This document shows positions 11,378 to 23,194 of a DNA stretch of 64,000 nucleotides, piece by piece. The notes beneath the pieces are model-generated. The model searched no databases. It saw only the letters and a list, made by a program, of their open reading frames with translations, and was not told where the DNA came from. Numbering within the stretch: the first letter of the stretch is position 1; each line of letters begins with the position of its first letter. Origin of the DNA: an uncultured Bacillota bacterium (lineage in GTDB: Bacteria > Bacillota > DTU025 > MWDF01); contig CAWGMK010000010.1 in assembly GCA_963823655.1 (NCBI GenBank), positions 256,001 to 320,000 of the forward strand. The letters run 5' to 3'. Both the position numbers and the translations under genes were made by a program.

Positions 11378-13069
11378 ATGAAGAGAATCGCAGTTTCCTT
11401 TGTACTCGTGGCCATACTCGCAATGGGCATTATCGCCTCTGCCGCAGCAGCCGGTGGATACCCATTTGCCCAAGGACGTTACTGGGAAAGAACGGTATGG
11501 TAGCGGCGGCGCACCCGCTGGCATCGGCTGCCGGCGTGGAAATGCTGAAAGCGGGAGGAAACGCAATCGATGCGGCAGTTGCGACAGGGTTGCCTTAAAT
11601 ATGGTGGAACCCAACGCATCAGGCATCGGCGGCGGCGGCTTCATGGTAATCCGCTTCGCCAAGACTGGCGAAATCGCTGTCATAGACTATCGCGAAATGG
11701 CCCCGGGCGCCTCTACTAAAGACATGTACTCCGACCCAAAAGCCGCGACCGAGCACTGGACCTATGAGGGCGGCAAGTCCGTAGGCATACCAGGAACAGT
11801 CGCCGGATATTTCATGGCACTTGAGAAGTTCGGCACAAAGTCGTTCAAAGAGTTGGCTGCGCCGGCCATAAAGCTTGGCAACGAAGGCTTCGTGGTCTCA
11901 GAGATGCTAGCTGGCATAATCAAGGATAACTATGCCAAGATGGCGAAGTTCAGCGAGCCAGTGGACGTACCTTACTTCGACGAATACGGTCTGCCGCTGG
12001 AAACTGGCACATCCTGAAGAACCCCAAGCTTGCCAAGGTATTCACGGAGCTGGGCGACAAGGGCCCCAGGACGCGTTCTACAGCGGCTGGGTCGCTGATG
12101 ACGATAGCTAAATCCGTCCAGAAGGCCGGAGGCATCATGACAGTGGAGGACCTCTCCAAGTACGTGGCCAAGATGAGGACTCCCGTAACGGGCACTTACA
12201 GGGGTTATGAGATAATCTCGATGCCGCCTCCGAGCTCTGGCGGAACCCATATAATCCAGATGCTCAACTGCCTTGAGAACTACGACGTCAAGGCGATGGG
12301 CCACAACAGCGTCATGTTCATGCACACTTTCGCAGAGATCATGAAGCTGACATTCGCCGACAGGTCGCGTATCATGCGCGACTCCGACTTCGGCTATGTG
12401 CCTGTGAATGGACTCACTATCCAAGGATATGCAAAAACCATGGTAAACCAGATAGCCCCCAACAAGATAATAGACAAGCCGCTAGCAGGCGACCCCAAGA
12501 AGTATGAAAGCGGGAACACAACCTCGTTCGTCGTCGTCGACCAAGAGGGGAACATCTGCGCCGTGACGCAGACTATCAACTACTTCTTCGGTTCCGGCGT
12601 CATGGCGTCGGGCGCAGGCTTCATGCTCAATGATGAGATGGACGATTTCTCGACCAGCCCGGCTTCTGTATCGGCCCCTGAGCCGTACAAGAGGCCGCTG
12701 TCATCTATGTCGCCTACCATAGTGCTCAAGGACGGCAAACCGTTCGTAGCGCTAGGAACTCCGGGCGCAACAAGGATATTCCCCAGCATCGTCCAGACTC
12801 TTGTGAACATAATCGACCACGGCATGACGATGGACCAGGCGATAGAAGCGCCCCGCTTCTGGAGCAACGGGCCGGCCACGTTCGCATATGAGGACAGGAT
12901 AGATGCGAACCTGATAGCCGCCGTTGAGAAGCTGGGCCACAAGCCCAAGAAGTACACATCATACGACGCATATTTCGGAGCAGTGCAAGGCATTCTGTTC
13001 GATCAGGCAACAGGCATAATGTACGGCGGAGCCGACTCCAGAAGACTCGGTGAGGCCATAGGCTTCTAG
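11378..13069 (+). CDS. ggt: Gamma-glutamyltransferase with signal peptide, frameshifted
   Basis: [36 protein letters not shown], catalytic [27 protein letters not shown]. Confidence 0.93.
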
Positions 13070-13090
13070 GTGCGTCACAGGAGGAAAGAA

Positions 13091-13688
13091 ATGCGCAGAT
13101 CAATAATCCTGGCGGCTTTGGTAATCCTAGCGATGCTTTGGGTGCCGCAGGCGGCGCGATGGCTGCAAACCCGCTTCTAATCACAAACGCCGGCCAGGGC
13201 GCCGAAAGCGCGATGGTAAATACTATGTGCAAGATGGCAGAAGATACCGGCAACGCTCAACGACACCATAAGGCGGAAGCCTTGGCAGGAAAAGACGGAA
13301 AGCCTTTGTTCTCGTACATGGCCATTGTGGTGGGTTATAGCGGCAAGGGTATGGGTGCTGCGGGCATAAACCTTCAGACGAGGTAGCCCGCAAGGGCTGA
13401 CTGCCTTACTTAAAAAGGCCCAGGCATTCAAAATACCTATAATCATGATGCATATAGGAGGATTCGAGAGAAGAGGGCGAGAACTCGGACAAGTTGATCA
13501 AGGAAGTATTCAAGTACGGTGAGATTCGCCATTTTCCTGAACTCTGGCAATTACCCCGATTCTGTGGCCTTCAACAACAAGAAGCCGGACAATCTCCTCA
13601 ACAACGCCTCCCCAAGGGGGTAACTCCGAAGATAGTGGAAAAGATGAATAACATCATAGCCCCCCTTAAGGAGATCATGGGCCTGTAA
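13091..13688 (+). CDS. DUF6305 family exported protein, frameshifted
   Basis: Signal peptide; LITNAGQG, VVGYSGKGMGAAGI, MHIGG..RRG motifs. Confidence 0.7.
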
Positions 13689-13775
13689 GCTCCAGAACCA
13701 ATCTAAGAGGATTATCCGGGGCAGGGATAATTGTCCTGCCCCGGCCTCATAGAATGAGAGGGGGCCGTTAATTAC

Positions 13776-15042
13776 ATGGCAGAAGGATCATATTCATTAT
13801 CATGCTGGAGTCTTCGTATTAACTGCATTCGCATTCAAACTTCCCGGTGGGAGTTTGCATGATGCTGGCATCGATTGCGGGCCTGCTGGCCGACGGCCAG
13901 GGCATCCCGCTCAGGCACATGTCGAGGGCTACTTTCGGCTACTTAATACGATATTGGTCATAGCTGCGGCGATGCTCCTTATGAAGTCCATACAGAAATC
14001 CGGCCTTCTGGAGACCGTCGCAAGGTTCATAATAGACCGTTTCGCCAATATGAAAGCTCTGATCCTTGCCGGCATCACACTTCTTATCATGTTTCCCGGG
14101 ATGATAACTGGATCTTCATCAGCTTGCGTTTTAACGACGGGTACACTTGTTGTGCCGGTCCTAACGTACTTCGGCGTGCCGAGGGCGAAAACAGGGGCGA
14201 TAATTGCGATGTCTGCCATCTTCGGCATGCTGGCGCCGCCAGTCAATCTCCCGGCGATGATAATCGGAGCAGGCATCGACATGCCCTACGTGGGTTTCTT
14301 CTGGCCGCTTCTGTAGCTACGGTACCAATTGCAATAATTACCACCCTTATTATCGGCCTTCCCACGTATATGAAACATAAGGAAGTCGGCAGGATGAGGA
14401 TAAGAGCTCTTCCTCTAAGCTACTACAAGCAGTACGGCTTAAAGCTCCTCCTGCCGCTTATAGTCCTGGTGGTCCTCATGGTGCTGCCAAATGTATTCCT
14501 GGGCAAGTTCCGCGGACCTCGGGATGCCCCTTGTGATGCTAATCGCCGCGCAGTCGCTATCTCACAGGAGAAAGTTCAACGCGATAGGCGCCGCAAGGGA
14601 GGCCATCAGAGAATCCGTCCCTGTCTGAGCAACTAGTCGGAGTTGGCATGTTCATACAGGTTATGACTTTACCGGGGTGAGGGGCTTCATCGTTGTAAGC
14701 TCTCTTTCGATACCACAGGGCGTGGCTTTATGTTGCGATGGCGTAACTATTCCGGCTATTCGGCTCGGTCTCGGCATTCGGCTCGGCATCTGTACTGGGC
14801 GTGCCGTTCGTGCTGGCATTGAGCGGCTCCGGCAATGTCGTGATGCTGACTGTCGGTCGTCACGCTGCTCGTATGCCTTGGAGACCTGGTTCCGCCAACA
14901 GCGCTGGCTAGCGTCCTCGCGGCCCAGGTGGTTAAGGAGCCAGTTACTTCAGGTGCTGAAACATTGTCTTATGCCGGCAATGCTTACCATCGCCTGGGGG
15001 CTTTTGATAATTGCCAACTCGGCGCTATTGCCAAGTGGCTGA
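13776..15042 (+). CDS. TRAP large-permease (DctM/IT superfamily)-like transporter, multiply frameshifted
   Basis: MFPGMITGSS, GMLAPPVNLPAMIIG, PYVGF, VGMFIQVMT; highly hydrophobic. Confidence 0.75.
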
Positions 15043-15054
15043 TTTAAGGAGGCG

Positions 15055-15217
15055 ATGAAATGATTGGCTTCATGGACTATTCTGGGTATACTGGCTTTTC
15101 TGCCTGGGATACTCGCACGTGGTACTAGACGGTCTTCAGGGAGAAGAACGTCTGGAAGCAGGTCTCGGCGGCCATGATCATAATCCCGCTGGCCCTAAGG
15201 GCCCTGTTGTGAAATAG
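15055..15217 (+). CDS. Small membrane protein, frameshifted
   Basis: AGGAGG RBS; hydrophobic peptide ending FREKNVWKQVSAAMIIIPLALRALL. Confidence 0.5.
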
Positions 15218-15228
15218 GGGGTTGTGAC

Positions 15229-16380
15229 ATGAAGATCGATGGCAGGATAAGTGCGGTATGATCATACTTGCCGAATCGGCATTAGTGCTTTTAACACGGG
15301 CGTGAGCTTCAGGTCGATGTACAAGCCGGACATAATAGTGAGCGGGCCTTCCGTGAGCGAAGTGAAGATGCTCTCGGACTACTTCGACGGCTTGAAGGGA
15401 ACGAGGGTGACACAGCGGTCTACGTGCTTGAGGGTAAGGAACCGGGGGCACTTTGCTGTTCCTTGGCGGAACTCACCCTAATGAGCCATCAGGCTTGATG
15501 ACGGCCGTCCTTTTCATCGAAAACGCCGTTGGTAGAGAAGGGCAGGTGATAATCATACCCGCAGGCGGATAGCAAGCGGTTTCAGCGTGAACGATCCTCA
15601 GGAAGGCGTCCCCGCAGAGGTTCACATTCCATACGGCAACCGGGATGTCAGGACTTCCGCTATCGGGGCAAGGGCGACGAACCCGCTGCACCAGTGGCCC
15701 GACCCTGACATTTACATCAATCCTTCTGGGCAGACCTTGTCCGGCAGCGAGAACAGGAATCTGAACAGGGCTATCCAGGCAAGCCCGAGGGCAACCTGAC
15801 CGAGAAGATCGCCTTCGGCATCATGGAGGTGATAAGGAAAGAAGGACGCCGAAGTGTCGGTAGACCTGCATGAGGCGAGCCCTGAATACCCAGTTATTAA
15901 CGCGATGGTGGCGCATGAGAAGTCGATGGACCTAGCCTCAGTCGCAGTGCTTGACCTGGAGATGGAGGGCATAAAAATCAGGCTTGAGAAGTCGCCGCCA
16001 ACATTCTATGGGCTTTCCCACAGGTCTTGGGGCGACTACTCCGACACAATGCCGATACTAATGGAGACTGCTAATCCGCTCACAGGGAAGGCTGAGGTCC
16101 AAGACGAATGAGAAGTTGGTCCTGACAGGCGTGGACCCCTGGTACGTGAAGGCGCAGAAGCTTGGGAAGGCTCTATGTGCCGTTCGACGAGGAGGGCCAT
16201 CCTATGGAGGAGAGGGTAGGCAGGCACTCGAGCGCTTTGCAGGCAATAATGAGGTCGATGGAGTACTTTTTCCCGGCGGAGTAGCGATTTCAACTAAGCG
16301 GCGTGCCCGGCTACGCCGAACTGATGGAGAAGGGTATTAGGCAGCTTCTTAGGGAGCTATCCCGTCAAATTGAATTATGA
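15229..16380 (+). CDS. Succinylglutamate desuccinylase/aspartoacylase (M14-like Zn deacylase), multiply frameshifted; end approximate
   Basis: GGTHPNEPSG (HxxE), ENRNLNR, DLHEASPEY, LMETANP across frames. Confidence 0.75.
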
Positions 16381-16395
16381 ACCGGAGGATGGAAA

Positions 16396-16755
16396 ATGAT
16401 CAGAAGGAAAGAAGATCACGTAACCACCTATAAATCGGACATGTTCGGCGGCAGGGGAACAGTAAGCTATCTTCACCTGGCAGCCAACGAGGAGCTTTGC
16501 AACAAAGGCAGGATGCTTGCCATACTGACAATACCCGAAGGCGGCATTTTGGGCTTCCATGAACATCACGGAGAGATCGACATCTACCATATCCTGAAGG
16601 GCAAGGCCGAGTTCAACGACAACGGAACAGTCTTGCAGTTCAATGAGGGAGATACGACCTGGATAAAGCCCGAACAGGGCCACTCCATCGCCAATGTCGG
16701 AAAGGGCGATTTGCAGTTCATCAGCCTCGTGCTGTTTGCAAAGCAGGGAGACTAG
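16396..16755 (+). CDS. Cupin domain protein
   Basis: GFHEHHGEIDIYHILKG and GHSIAN cupin motifs; GGAGG RBS. Confidence 0.88.
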   Translation: MIRRKEDHVTTYKSDMFGGRGTVSYLHLAANEELCNKGRMLAILTIPEGGILGFHEHHGEIDIYHILKGKAEFNDNGTVLQFNEGDTTWIKPEQGHSIANVGKGDLQFISLVLFAKQGD

Positions 16756-16771
16756 CCTCAAGAGGAATGAG

Positions 16772-16803
16772 AGCCCGGCGCCTTCTTGGGCGCCGGGCTT
16801 TTT
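16772..16803 (+). terminator. Rho-independent terminator
   Basis: AGCCCGGCGCC-loop-GGCGCCGGGCT followed by a T run. Confidence 0.85.
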
Positions 16804-16859
16804 CATGCAGCCGGCTTATGAGGGTGCTTTTGAAGCATTGTCTTAGCAATATCCTTAAC

Positions 16860-19320
16860 TTATGCTTCTCCGCTCGGTTTGTGACTTCGTCCGCCGTTTA
16901 TCAAGCGGAGGACAAGCGTTAGAAGCCTGCTGCTTATTGCCCCGTTCGTAATCGACGGCAGGCTCCTAAGCGGCATCTCCTTGAAGATCGTGGTGGCGCT
17001 CATTGCCGTCGGGTTGCCAGCGTCCTTGCGGGTCGCAATCCAGGCGGCGAAAACAAGTGCTGACCTGAAAATGGAGGCGAAGAGGCCTCTGATATCGCTA
17101 AGTGGTGTGTCAGGAGTGTAGAACCCCCGGCGCATAATCGCATTATCAGGAAGGTCCCGACCCAGTATGCTTCTGAAAGCTTCCCGGCTGAAGGCATTTG
17201 CATTGAGTTTGCCGCAATACTCCGCAGGTTCAGAGCAGCTGCCGCGCACTGTACCCTCGCCTGCGGAAGTGCCAGCATCAGGTAGAATTTTAGGGATGGC
17301 GCTCAAGCGAATGTCCCTTGAAGATGAACCTATAAGGATTTCGAAGTCGCCCGGCTCAACCTTCCAGGCATTTGTCGCCTTATCCCAGAAAGAGAATGCA
17401 TCGTCTCCCAGCACGAACTCGACTTCTCTTTTCTCATTGGGCTCAAGCATCAGCTTCGCGAAACCCTTAAGCTCCTTTTCCGGCCTGAATGCGGTCAATT
17501 CGACATCCCTGACGTAAAGCTGTACTACTTCGGCACCCGGGCGAGTGCCGATGTTCTTAACTGTAAACCGGACCCGTACAGACAAAGGGCCTTCTATGGT
17601 GGGGCTGCCAGGGCTTAAGATTAGGTCCTCATACAGGAAATCGGTGTAGCTCAGCCCATGGCCGAACGGGAAAAGGACGTCCTTTCGCGCCTTGTCATAG
17701 TAGCGGTAACCGACATAAATGCTTTCGCGATATTCAACGGTTGCAGGCCCTCCGGGAAAACTTCCGAAAGTCGGATTGTCTTCCAACTTCAACGGGAAGG
17801 TCTCCGCAAGCTTGCCTGAGGGATTGCAGTCTCCGAATAGAAGCCTGCTGATCGCAGCTCCTCCTGCCTGCCCTCCAAGGTAGGCCTCAAGAATGGCGTT
17901 GACCCTGCCGGCCCACGGCATTTCAACGGGGGAGCCGTTCATCAACACGACCGCCACATTCGGATTGGCGTTGCACACGGCATCAATTAGGGAGTTTTGG
18001 CCGGCCGGCAGCCTCATGTGCTTGCGGTCCAGGCCCTCAGTCTCGAAGGACGCGGGCAGACCCGCAAAGACCACTGCGACATCGGCACGGCTGCCACCCT
18101 GCAAGCCTGCTTAATTGAGGCCTTCGTAATGCTGCCATCGGCTGCATTGTAGCCCGGTGCGTAATCAATTCTTCTGTGATGCAGCCCTTTTTGTGATTTC
18201 ATCGTATGCGTTGCTCATGCGTATCGGAGTCACCATGGAGCTGCCGGCTCCCTGGTAGCGGGGCTGTTTTGCGAAAGATCCGATTAAGGCTATCCGGGAT
18301 GTTTCGGCTAAGGGGCAGGCATCCCTTATCGTTTTTGAGCAGGACGGCGCCCTCACAAGCTGCCTTGGCGGCAAGTTCGTGGTGCATGTCTATATATGAG
18401 AAATCGGCTGGTAACTTAGGAAGCCCGGCTGACTTAGATATCAGCGTCAGTATTCGGCGTACTGACAAGTCGAGCGTTTCCACTGGAATGGTGCCATCAA
18501 GGACGGCGGCTATTATTGCTTTCTCGCCATCGCCATCGTAGCCTGGCATCTCCAGGTCCATGCCTGCCAGCAGGCCGGAAGCGTCGGTCGCTGACGGCCC
18601 CCCAATCCGACATGACAAGGCCCTCGAAATTCCATTGCTTCCTAAGGATATCCGTTAAGCAGCGTCCTGCTCTCTGTGCAGTAATCGCCGTTCAACTTGT
18701 TGTAGGCGGCCATGACAGTCTGCGGTTTGGCCTCTTTGACAGCTATTTCGAAAGGCTTGAGATATATCTCGCGAAGGGCCCTGTCGTCAATCTGGGCGTC
18801 GATGGTGAACCTTCTGGTCTCCTGGTTGTTGGCGGCGAAGTGCTTTATGGACGTTCCGACACCAGTGCTCTGTACGCCTTTTATAAAGGCTGAAGCGATG
18901 GAGCCGGACAGGAATGGGTCTTCCGAGAAGTATTCGAAGTTCCTGCCGCCAAGCGGCGACCTCTTTATATTCACTCCGGGTCCAAGAAGGATGTTGACTT
19001 GATTGTGGCGGGCTTCCATCGCCGATCGCCTTGCCGACTTCGCTTATCAGATCCCGGTTCCAGGTGCTGGCAAGGGCAGAGGCGGTAGGAAAGCAGGTGG
19101 CAGGCACATTGTCGCTGAAAGAGTGGCCTCCCGTATTTGCTTTCTGCTTGCGAAGCCCATGAGGACCGTCAGCGACGGCAATGGGAGGTATGCCAAGGCG
19201 GGGGATGCCCTTCAGCTTCCATAGGCCATCGCCCGAGCAAAGTGAAGCCTTCTCTTCAAGTGTCATTTGCGCGATCAAAGCTTCGATGTCGAGGTGGCTA
19301 CTCTTTTCTTCTGAAGGCAT
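16860..19320 (-). CDS. GH3 beta-glucosidase with Fn3-like domain, frameshifted
   Basis: [32 protein letters not shown] nucleophile, [25 protein letters not shown]. Confidence 0.92.
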
Positions 19321-19372
19321 GCAGCACCCCCTATATAAAGCGCTGTGGGGAATATGCGTTCAGGGCCTTGGC

Positions 19373-19934
19373 CTATAGGTCTTTTATGAAGGGCAGGACC
19401 TGCCTGAACTCCGGGACATCGGCGCGGCCGATGAGCTCGAATGCAAGGCTCTGAGCCGTAGCAATCACTGCCCCTGCCTGGCGCATCCTGTCATAGGCTA
19501 TGTCTCTATGGTATGGAGAAGTGGAGGAGCTTGCGTCCGCCACTACGAAGACGTCGTAGCCTGCCTCCAGGGCATCTAGTACGGTCTGACACAAGCAGAC
19601 GTGCGCCTCTACGCCGAAGATGATAATCTGGCTGCGTTCGGCCGCTTTGAGCGCGGATACGAATTCGACATTACCGAAGCCTGAGAATGATGACTTCGAG
19701 ATTGGCTTTGATGCCCTCCATCACAGCATCAAGAGAGGGGGTCGTCCCGCCCATCTTGGAGGGCACGTGCTCAAGCTTTATTAGGGGCACATTCAGCAAT
19801 TTGGCAATCGACGTCAGGGCAACGGCCCTTGGACGGACGATGTCCTTGTCCCAAGTGATGTCGATTACCTTATCTTGCATATCAAGGCTAACAAGGACGC
19901 ATGACGCAGGGTTCAATTTAAGGCTCTTGCTCAT
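19373..19934 (-). CDS. Isochorismatase-family cysteine hydrolase, frameshifted
   Basis: LDMQ, EHVP, GVEAHVC..QTVLD, VVADA. Confidence 0.85.
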
Positions 19935-20083
19935 AGGGAGGACCTCCTGTTTCGCAATGCTAGGTACATTATAGCCAATGGGAGCATATAGATGGGCATA
20001 AGGAAGAGCCGTTTGCTTTCTTTAGAGGTAGCTTATTGATTTTATGGTCCGGCCTGTGATAAATTTATGCGTGCACAACACTT

Positions 20084-20170
20084 GCCGAAGTGGTGGAATT
20101 GGCAGACGCGCTAAATTCAGGGTCTAGTGGGGGCAACCTCGTGCGGGTTCAAATCCCGCCTTCGGCACCA
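20084..20170 (+). tRNA. tRNA-Leu(CAG)
   Basis: GCCGAAG/CTTCGGC acceptor stem, encoded CCA, TTCAAAT T-loop, long variable arm, anticodon CAG at 20118-20120; one A-C mismatch in the anticodon stem. Confidence 0.93.
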
Positions 20171-20628
20171 ATAGGGTTTTAAACTGCCAGTAAGCTGGCG
20201 GTTTTGTTTTATCATTTCCCGAAATGTCAAACAAATGTCAAGCAGAGCACTAAACCCACTCGTGAATGTGGAGGGTATTCGTTGGTATGCTTTGTCCTTC
20301 ATGCAATGACCTGCCCCCAGTTTTTGGTACAACCCAGGCTTTAGTTTTCAAGAACCTTCTGGAAGAGGTATGGGTCGCCGACCAAAATCTTTTAGAAGTA
20401 GTGCAAATCGTTGCCTAATACCTTCTCAGTGAAGTCCCATCTAACGAATTCATACTCGTCGATGGTATACCAAATAATCCCGTCTGCATGGAAGAATATT
20501 TAAGGTTTCCCTACATCGGCGCCTTTGGCAAACAGCGCGAAGGACAGATCCGATACCGGGAACCTTGATTTTTCAGCCTTAAGTTATCCCCGACGACAGT
20601 GGAAATGATGAAGATGTTGACAGGCTGC

Positions 20629-20663
20629 ATTACGGCCCCTGCTTTAAAAGCAGGGGCCGTAAT
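20629..20663 (-). terminator. Long perfect hairpin, terminator of the islet gene
   Basis: ATTACGGCCCCTGCTTT / AAAGCAGGGGCCGTAAT inverted repeat. Confidence 0.7.
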
Positions 20664-20725
20664 ATTTATTCGGTTGTTGCGATTAGGGATTATTCGGAGG
20701 TATCACCGGTTTGCGAACGTCATAG

Positions 20726-22237
20726 TCACGGTTTACTTGAATTCGGACATTTCCGGTAGGCGAAATTGCAGAACTCAAACCAGTATTCAATATAGCTGCT
20801 GGATTCTGCCGAAATATTCCCGCCCTTTCCGTCAGGCGTCCAGGCTACTCCCGACACCGCGAGATCCAAAATTGCCTTCGCTGCGTCTCTTAATTCCCGA
20901 ACGATTTCCTTGCCGTAAACAAGTTCATTATGAGAGCCACAGATCCACTTAATGTCCAGCGGCTCGAGGATATCCCAAAGTTTTGCAGCGCTGTTGTAAT
21001 AAGCAACAAGGCTCGTTCTGCCCGGCTGATACACATAGTTCGGCCCAGGATAATAGAAGTCGCCGGTAAAGGCCATTTTGTTGGTCGCGTCAATAAGTGT
21101 GATGCTGTCTGAGGAGTGTCCCGGGGTGTTTACGACCTGCAACTTGCGCCCGCCCAAATCGAAGACGTGGGTTTCGTCTATACGCTTAATCTGAGAAGCG
21201 CTGACGCCTGGCCTAATAAGAGGATTCTCTTTGGACACGCCAATTAATTGAGCACTAAACTCAGCGGGAAGATCACGCATTAGGTCGCCAGTAGTTATCG
21301 CGCCGCCGCCGCTGCCAACGAAGAAGTTGCGAGCGATTGCGGTCATCGTGTCGCCTGCGTCGCCCGGTAAAGAGGCGTTGTCGTCGCCATTCCATACATA
21401 AATTTCCTTTACCTCGGGGAATTGCCAGCTGTCTCCCCTATGGTCGGAATGGGTGTGGGTGTTCACCATGATGAAGTTCGTACCGATTTTGATGTGGCTG
21501 TTTTCCGGCAATTTGAGAACATCTTCAACGGCTTTTCTGAGATTTCCAATACCCATACCCGTATCAATAAGCAACGCCGTCTCTGTTCCAATGACGAGGA
21601 AGGATATAACCTCCTGATCGTGACCGGGTTCAGAGAACACATACGTGTTGCCGGCTACCTTGTAAACATTGAACCAAGGCTCGGATGTTTCAATCATTTT
21701 TAACAACCCGGCGTTTATATAATCGCTCCAGCTGTCAAAGGGCCTTATTCTGTCAGGCCTGCGGTACGGTCTACTGCTCGTTGGTGCATCAACCCACCAA
21801 TTGGCTGGCCTGAATGATGTGAAAATAAAGGTCGGAGGATATTCCTGATTGAAACCCTGCTTGGTGGTAAATGTGATTTTGTTTTCCCCGTCAGTGTAAG
21901 TGATATTATAGTTCTTCAGTGTGTCGTCGTCCGCGTTGAGCGGCGTCCCTTTCAAGACGGCACTGAGATTTTTTGTCTGTTCAGCGGGGGTCTTGCCCTC
22001 AAAGTTCGTGCCGAGTGTATAGTATGTAAGGCCCAACCGGATTGTATTACCCGCAAGCAGCGCCTTATCAATCGTCAGCGTCCACTTGCCCGATGCGGCC
22101 TTGATGAACGATACAGTTCCTGCTGTCTCACTCAGAAGAACATCGCTGAAACTTGACGCGAAGACTCCCGTCGATAACAAACTAGCCAACATAAAAACTA
22201 AAAGTATCGCCAAGATAATGCGCTTTGAACTTCTCAT
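20726..22237 (-). CDS. Secreted MBL-fold metallo-hydrolase with extra N-terminal domain
   Basis: Signal peptide; LIDTG, THTHSDH, TPGHS, GDF, GSHN; AGGAG RBS. Confidence 0.85.
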   Translation of the reverse strand: MRSSKRIILAILLVFMLASLLSTGVFASSFSDVLLSETAGTVSFIKAASGKWTLTIDKALLAGNTIRLGLTYYTLGTNFEGKTPAEQTKNLSAVLKGTPLNADDDTLKNYNITYTDGENKITFTTKQGFNQEYPPTFIFTSFRPANWWVDAPTSSRPYRRPDRIRPFDSWSDYINAGLLKMIETSEPWFNVYKVAGNTYVFSEPGHDQEVISFLVIGTETALLIDTGMGIGNLRKAVEDVLKLPENSHIKIGTNFIMVNTHTHSDHRGDSWQFPEVKEIYVWNGDDNASLPGDAGDTMTAIARNFFVGSGGGAITTGDLMRDLPAEFSAQLIGVSKENPLIRPGVSASQIKRIDETHVFDLGGRKLQVVNTPGHSSDSITLIDATNKMAFTGDFYYPGPNYVYQPGRTSLVAYYNSAAKLWDILEPLDIKWICGSHNELVYGKEIVRELRDAAKAILDLAVSGVAWTPDGKGGNISAESSSYIEYWFEFCNFAYRKCPNSSKP

Positions 22238-22753
22238 TAAGTAATGCTCCTTTCATCTTAAAAGAGGCCATGGGAAACTATAACCTCGATTTTTACGAAC
22301 AAAGAAGATACAGAATTGGACGACAATTCAAGAGTCATAAATGATATGCATCGCCTCTGTCCTCTGAATAAAATCTGAATAAATATTACATTGTTTGTCC
22401 GTTATAGTCAATTCTTATTCATTTGTGCTGTCAACCTCTATATGGAAAATTCATACATTGATGACTTTTGAATGCTTGTTATATCAAACCCTCTTATAAT
22501 ATTTTTATTCAAAGAATATTCAATGCAAGCGCAAGAGCATCTCCCCACAAATCAAAACTGGTTTTTGTACCATAGGCATATTTCACCCGATAGTCAACAA
22601 GGGTATTGTGTTGTGTCAAACAGAATGTCAAGCAAATTGATATCTCGGTCAAGCGATGTACTAGTTGTACTGAATGGAATGTAATTTGGCTTGTAAGCTG
22701 GACATATTATCATGGCTATGGAAAGCTTGAATGTATCAGATTGAGACCTTTTG

Positions 22754-22811
22754 AATCCCGCCTTCGGCACCGATAGGGCTTTAAATCGTCGGTATGCTGG
22801 CGGTTTTGTTT
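22754..22811 (+). repeat. attR-like copy of tRNA-Leu 3' end plus terminator hairpin
   Basis: Direct repeat of 20152-20209. Confidence 0.85.
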
Positions 22812-23089
22812 ATTTAACAGCCAAGAGAAAGGCAAAGCATGAAGAAAACGTCAGAACCCAATCCTTGATTAGCGAAAGAACTTGTTGCAGATTGGAAATT
22901 TCAATTGGATTAAACTTATCGAGGTAGGCTAGACAATTGTGAACATAAATCTCACTAAGAACTACGGATCAGCGCAAGAAGGGAATAAGCTCAACACCAT
23001 TGCATGAATAAGGCTGCTCAATAGAAAGCAGATTTAACGCACCGACAAAATCTTATTGCATGTTCCTATCTAGGGCCAATATCGATAGA

Positions 23090-23122
23090 AATCCGCCTCG
23101 GATCAAGAATCCGTGGCGGATT
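23090..23122 (-). terminator. Hairpin downstream of lipoprotein gene
   Basis: AATCCGCC.CGGAT / ATCCG.GGCGGATT inverted repeat. Confidence 0.55.
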
Positions 23123-23194
23123 AGTTACATTCATTCGATCGCATATAAGAATAGAATTCATCAAGGCAATTTTCGATAGCCTGACGCGATCCTT

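Larger units (their letters stand above)
20152..22811. mobile_element. Integrase-less islet inserted at tRNA-Leu, bounded by att-like direct repeats
   Basis: 20152-20209 vs 22754-22811: 51/58 identical, including an exact 18-bp tRNA 3' core AATCCCGCCTTCGGCACC; tandem TGTCAA(A/G)CA repeats inside both ends. Confidence 0.75.

Noticed and set aside
1-19934. Dense frameshifts read as mass pseudogenisation or programmed frameshifting
   Set aside because: The same kind of 1-bp indel also hits housekeeping genes elsewhere (fabF, aroA) while motifs stay intact; consistent with long-read consensus error
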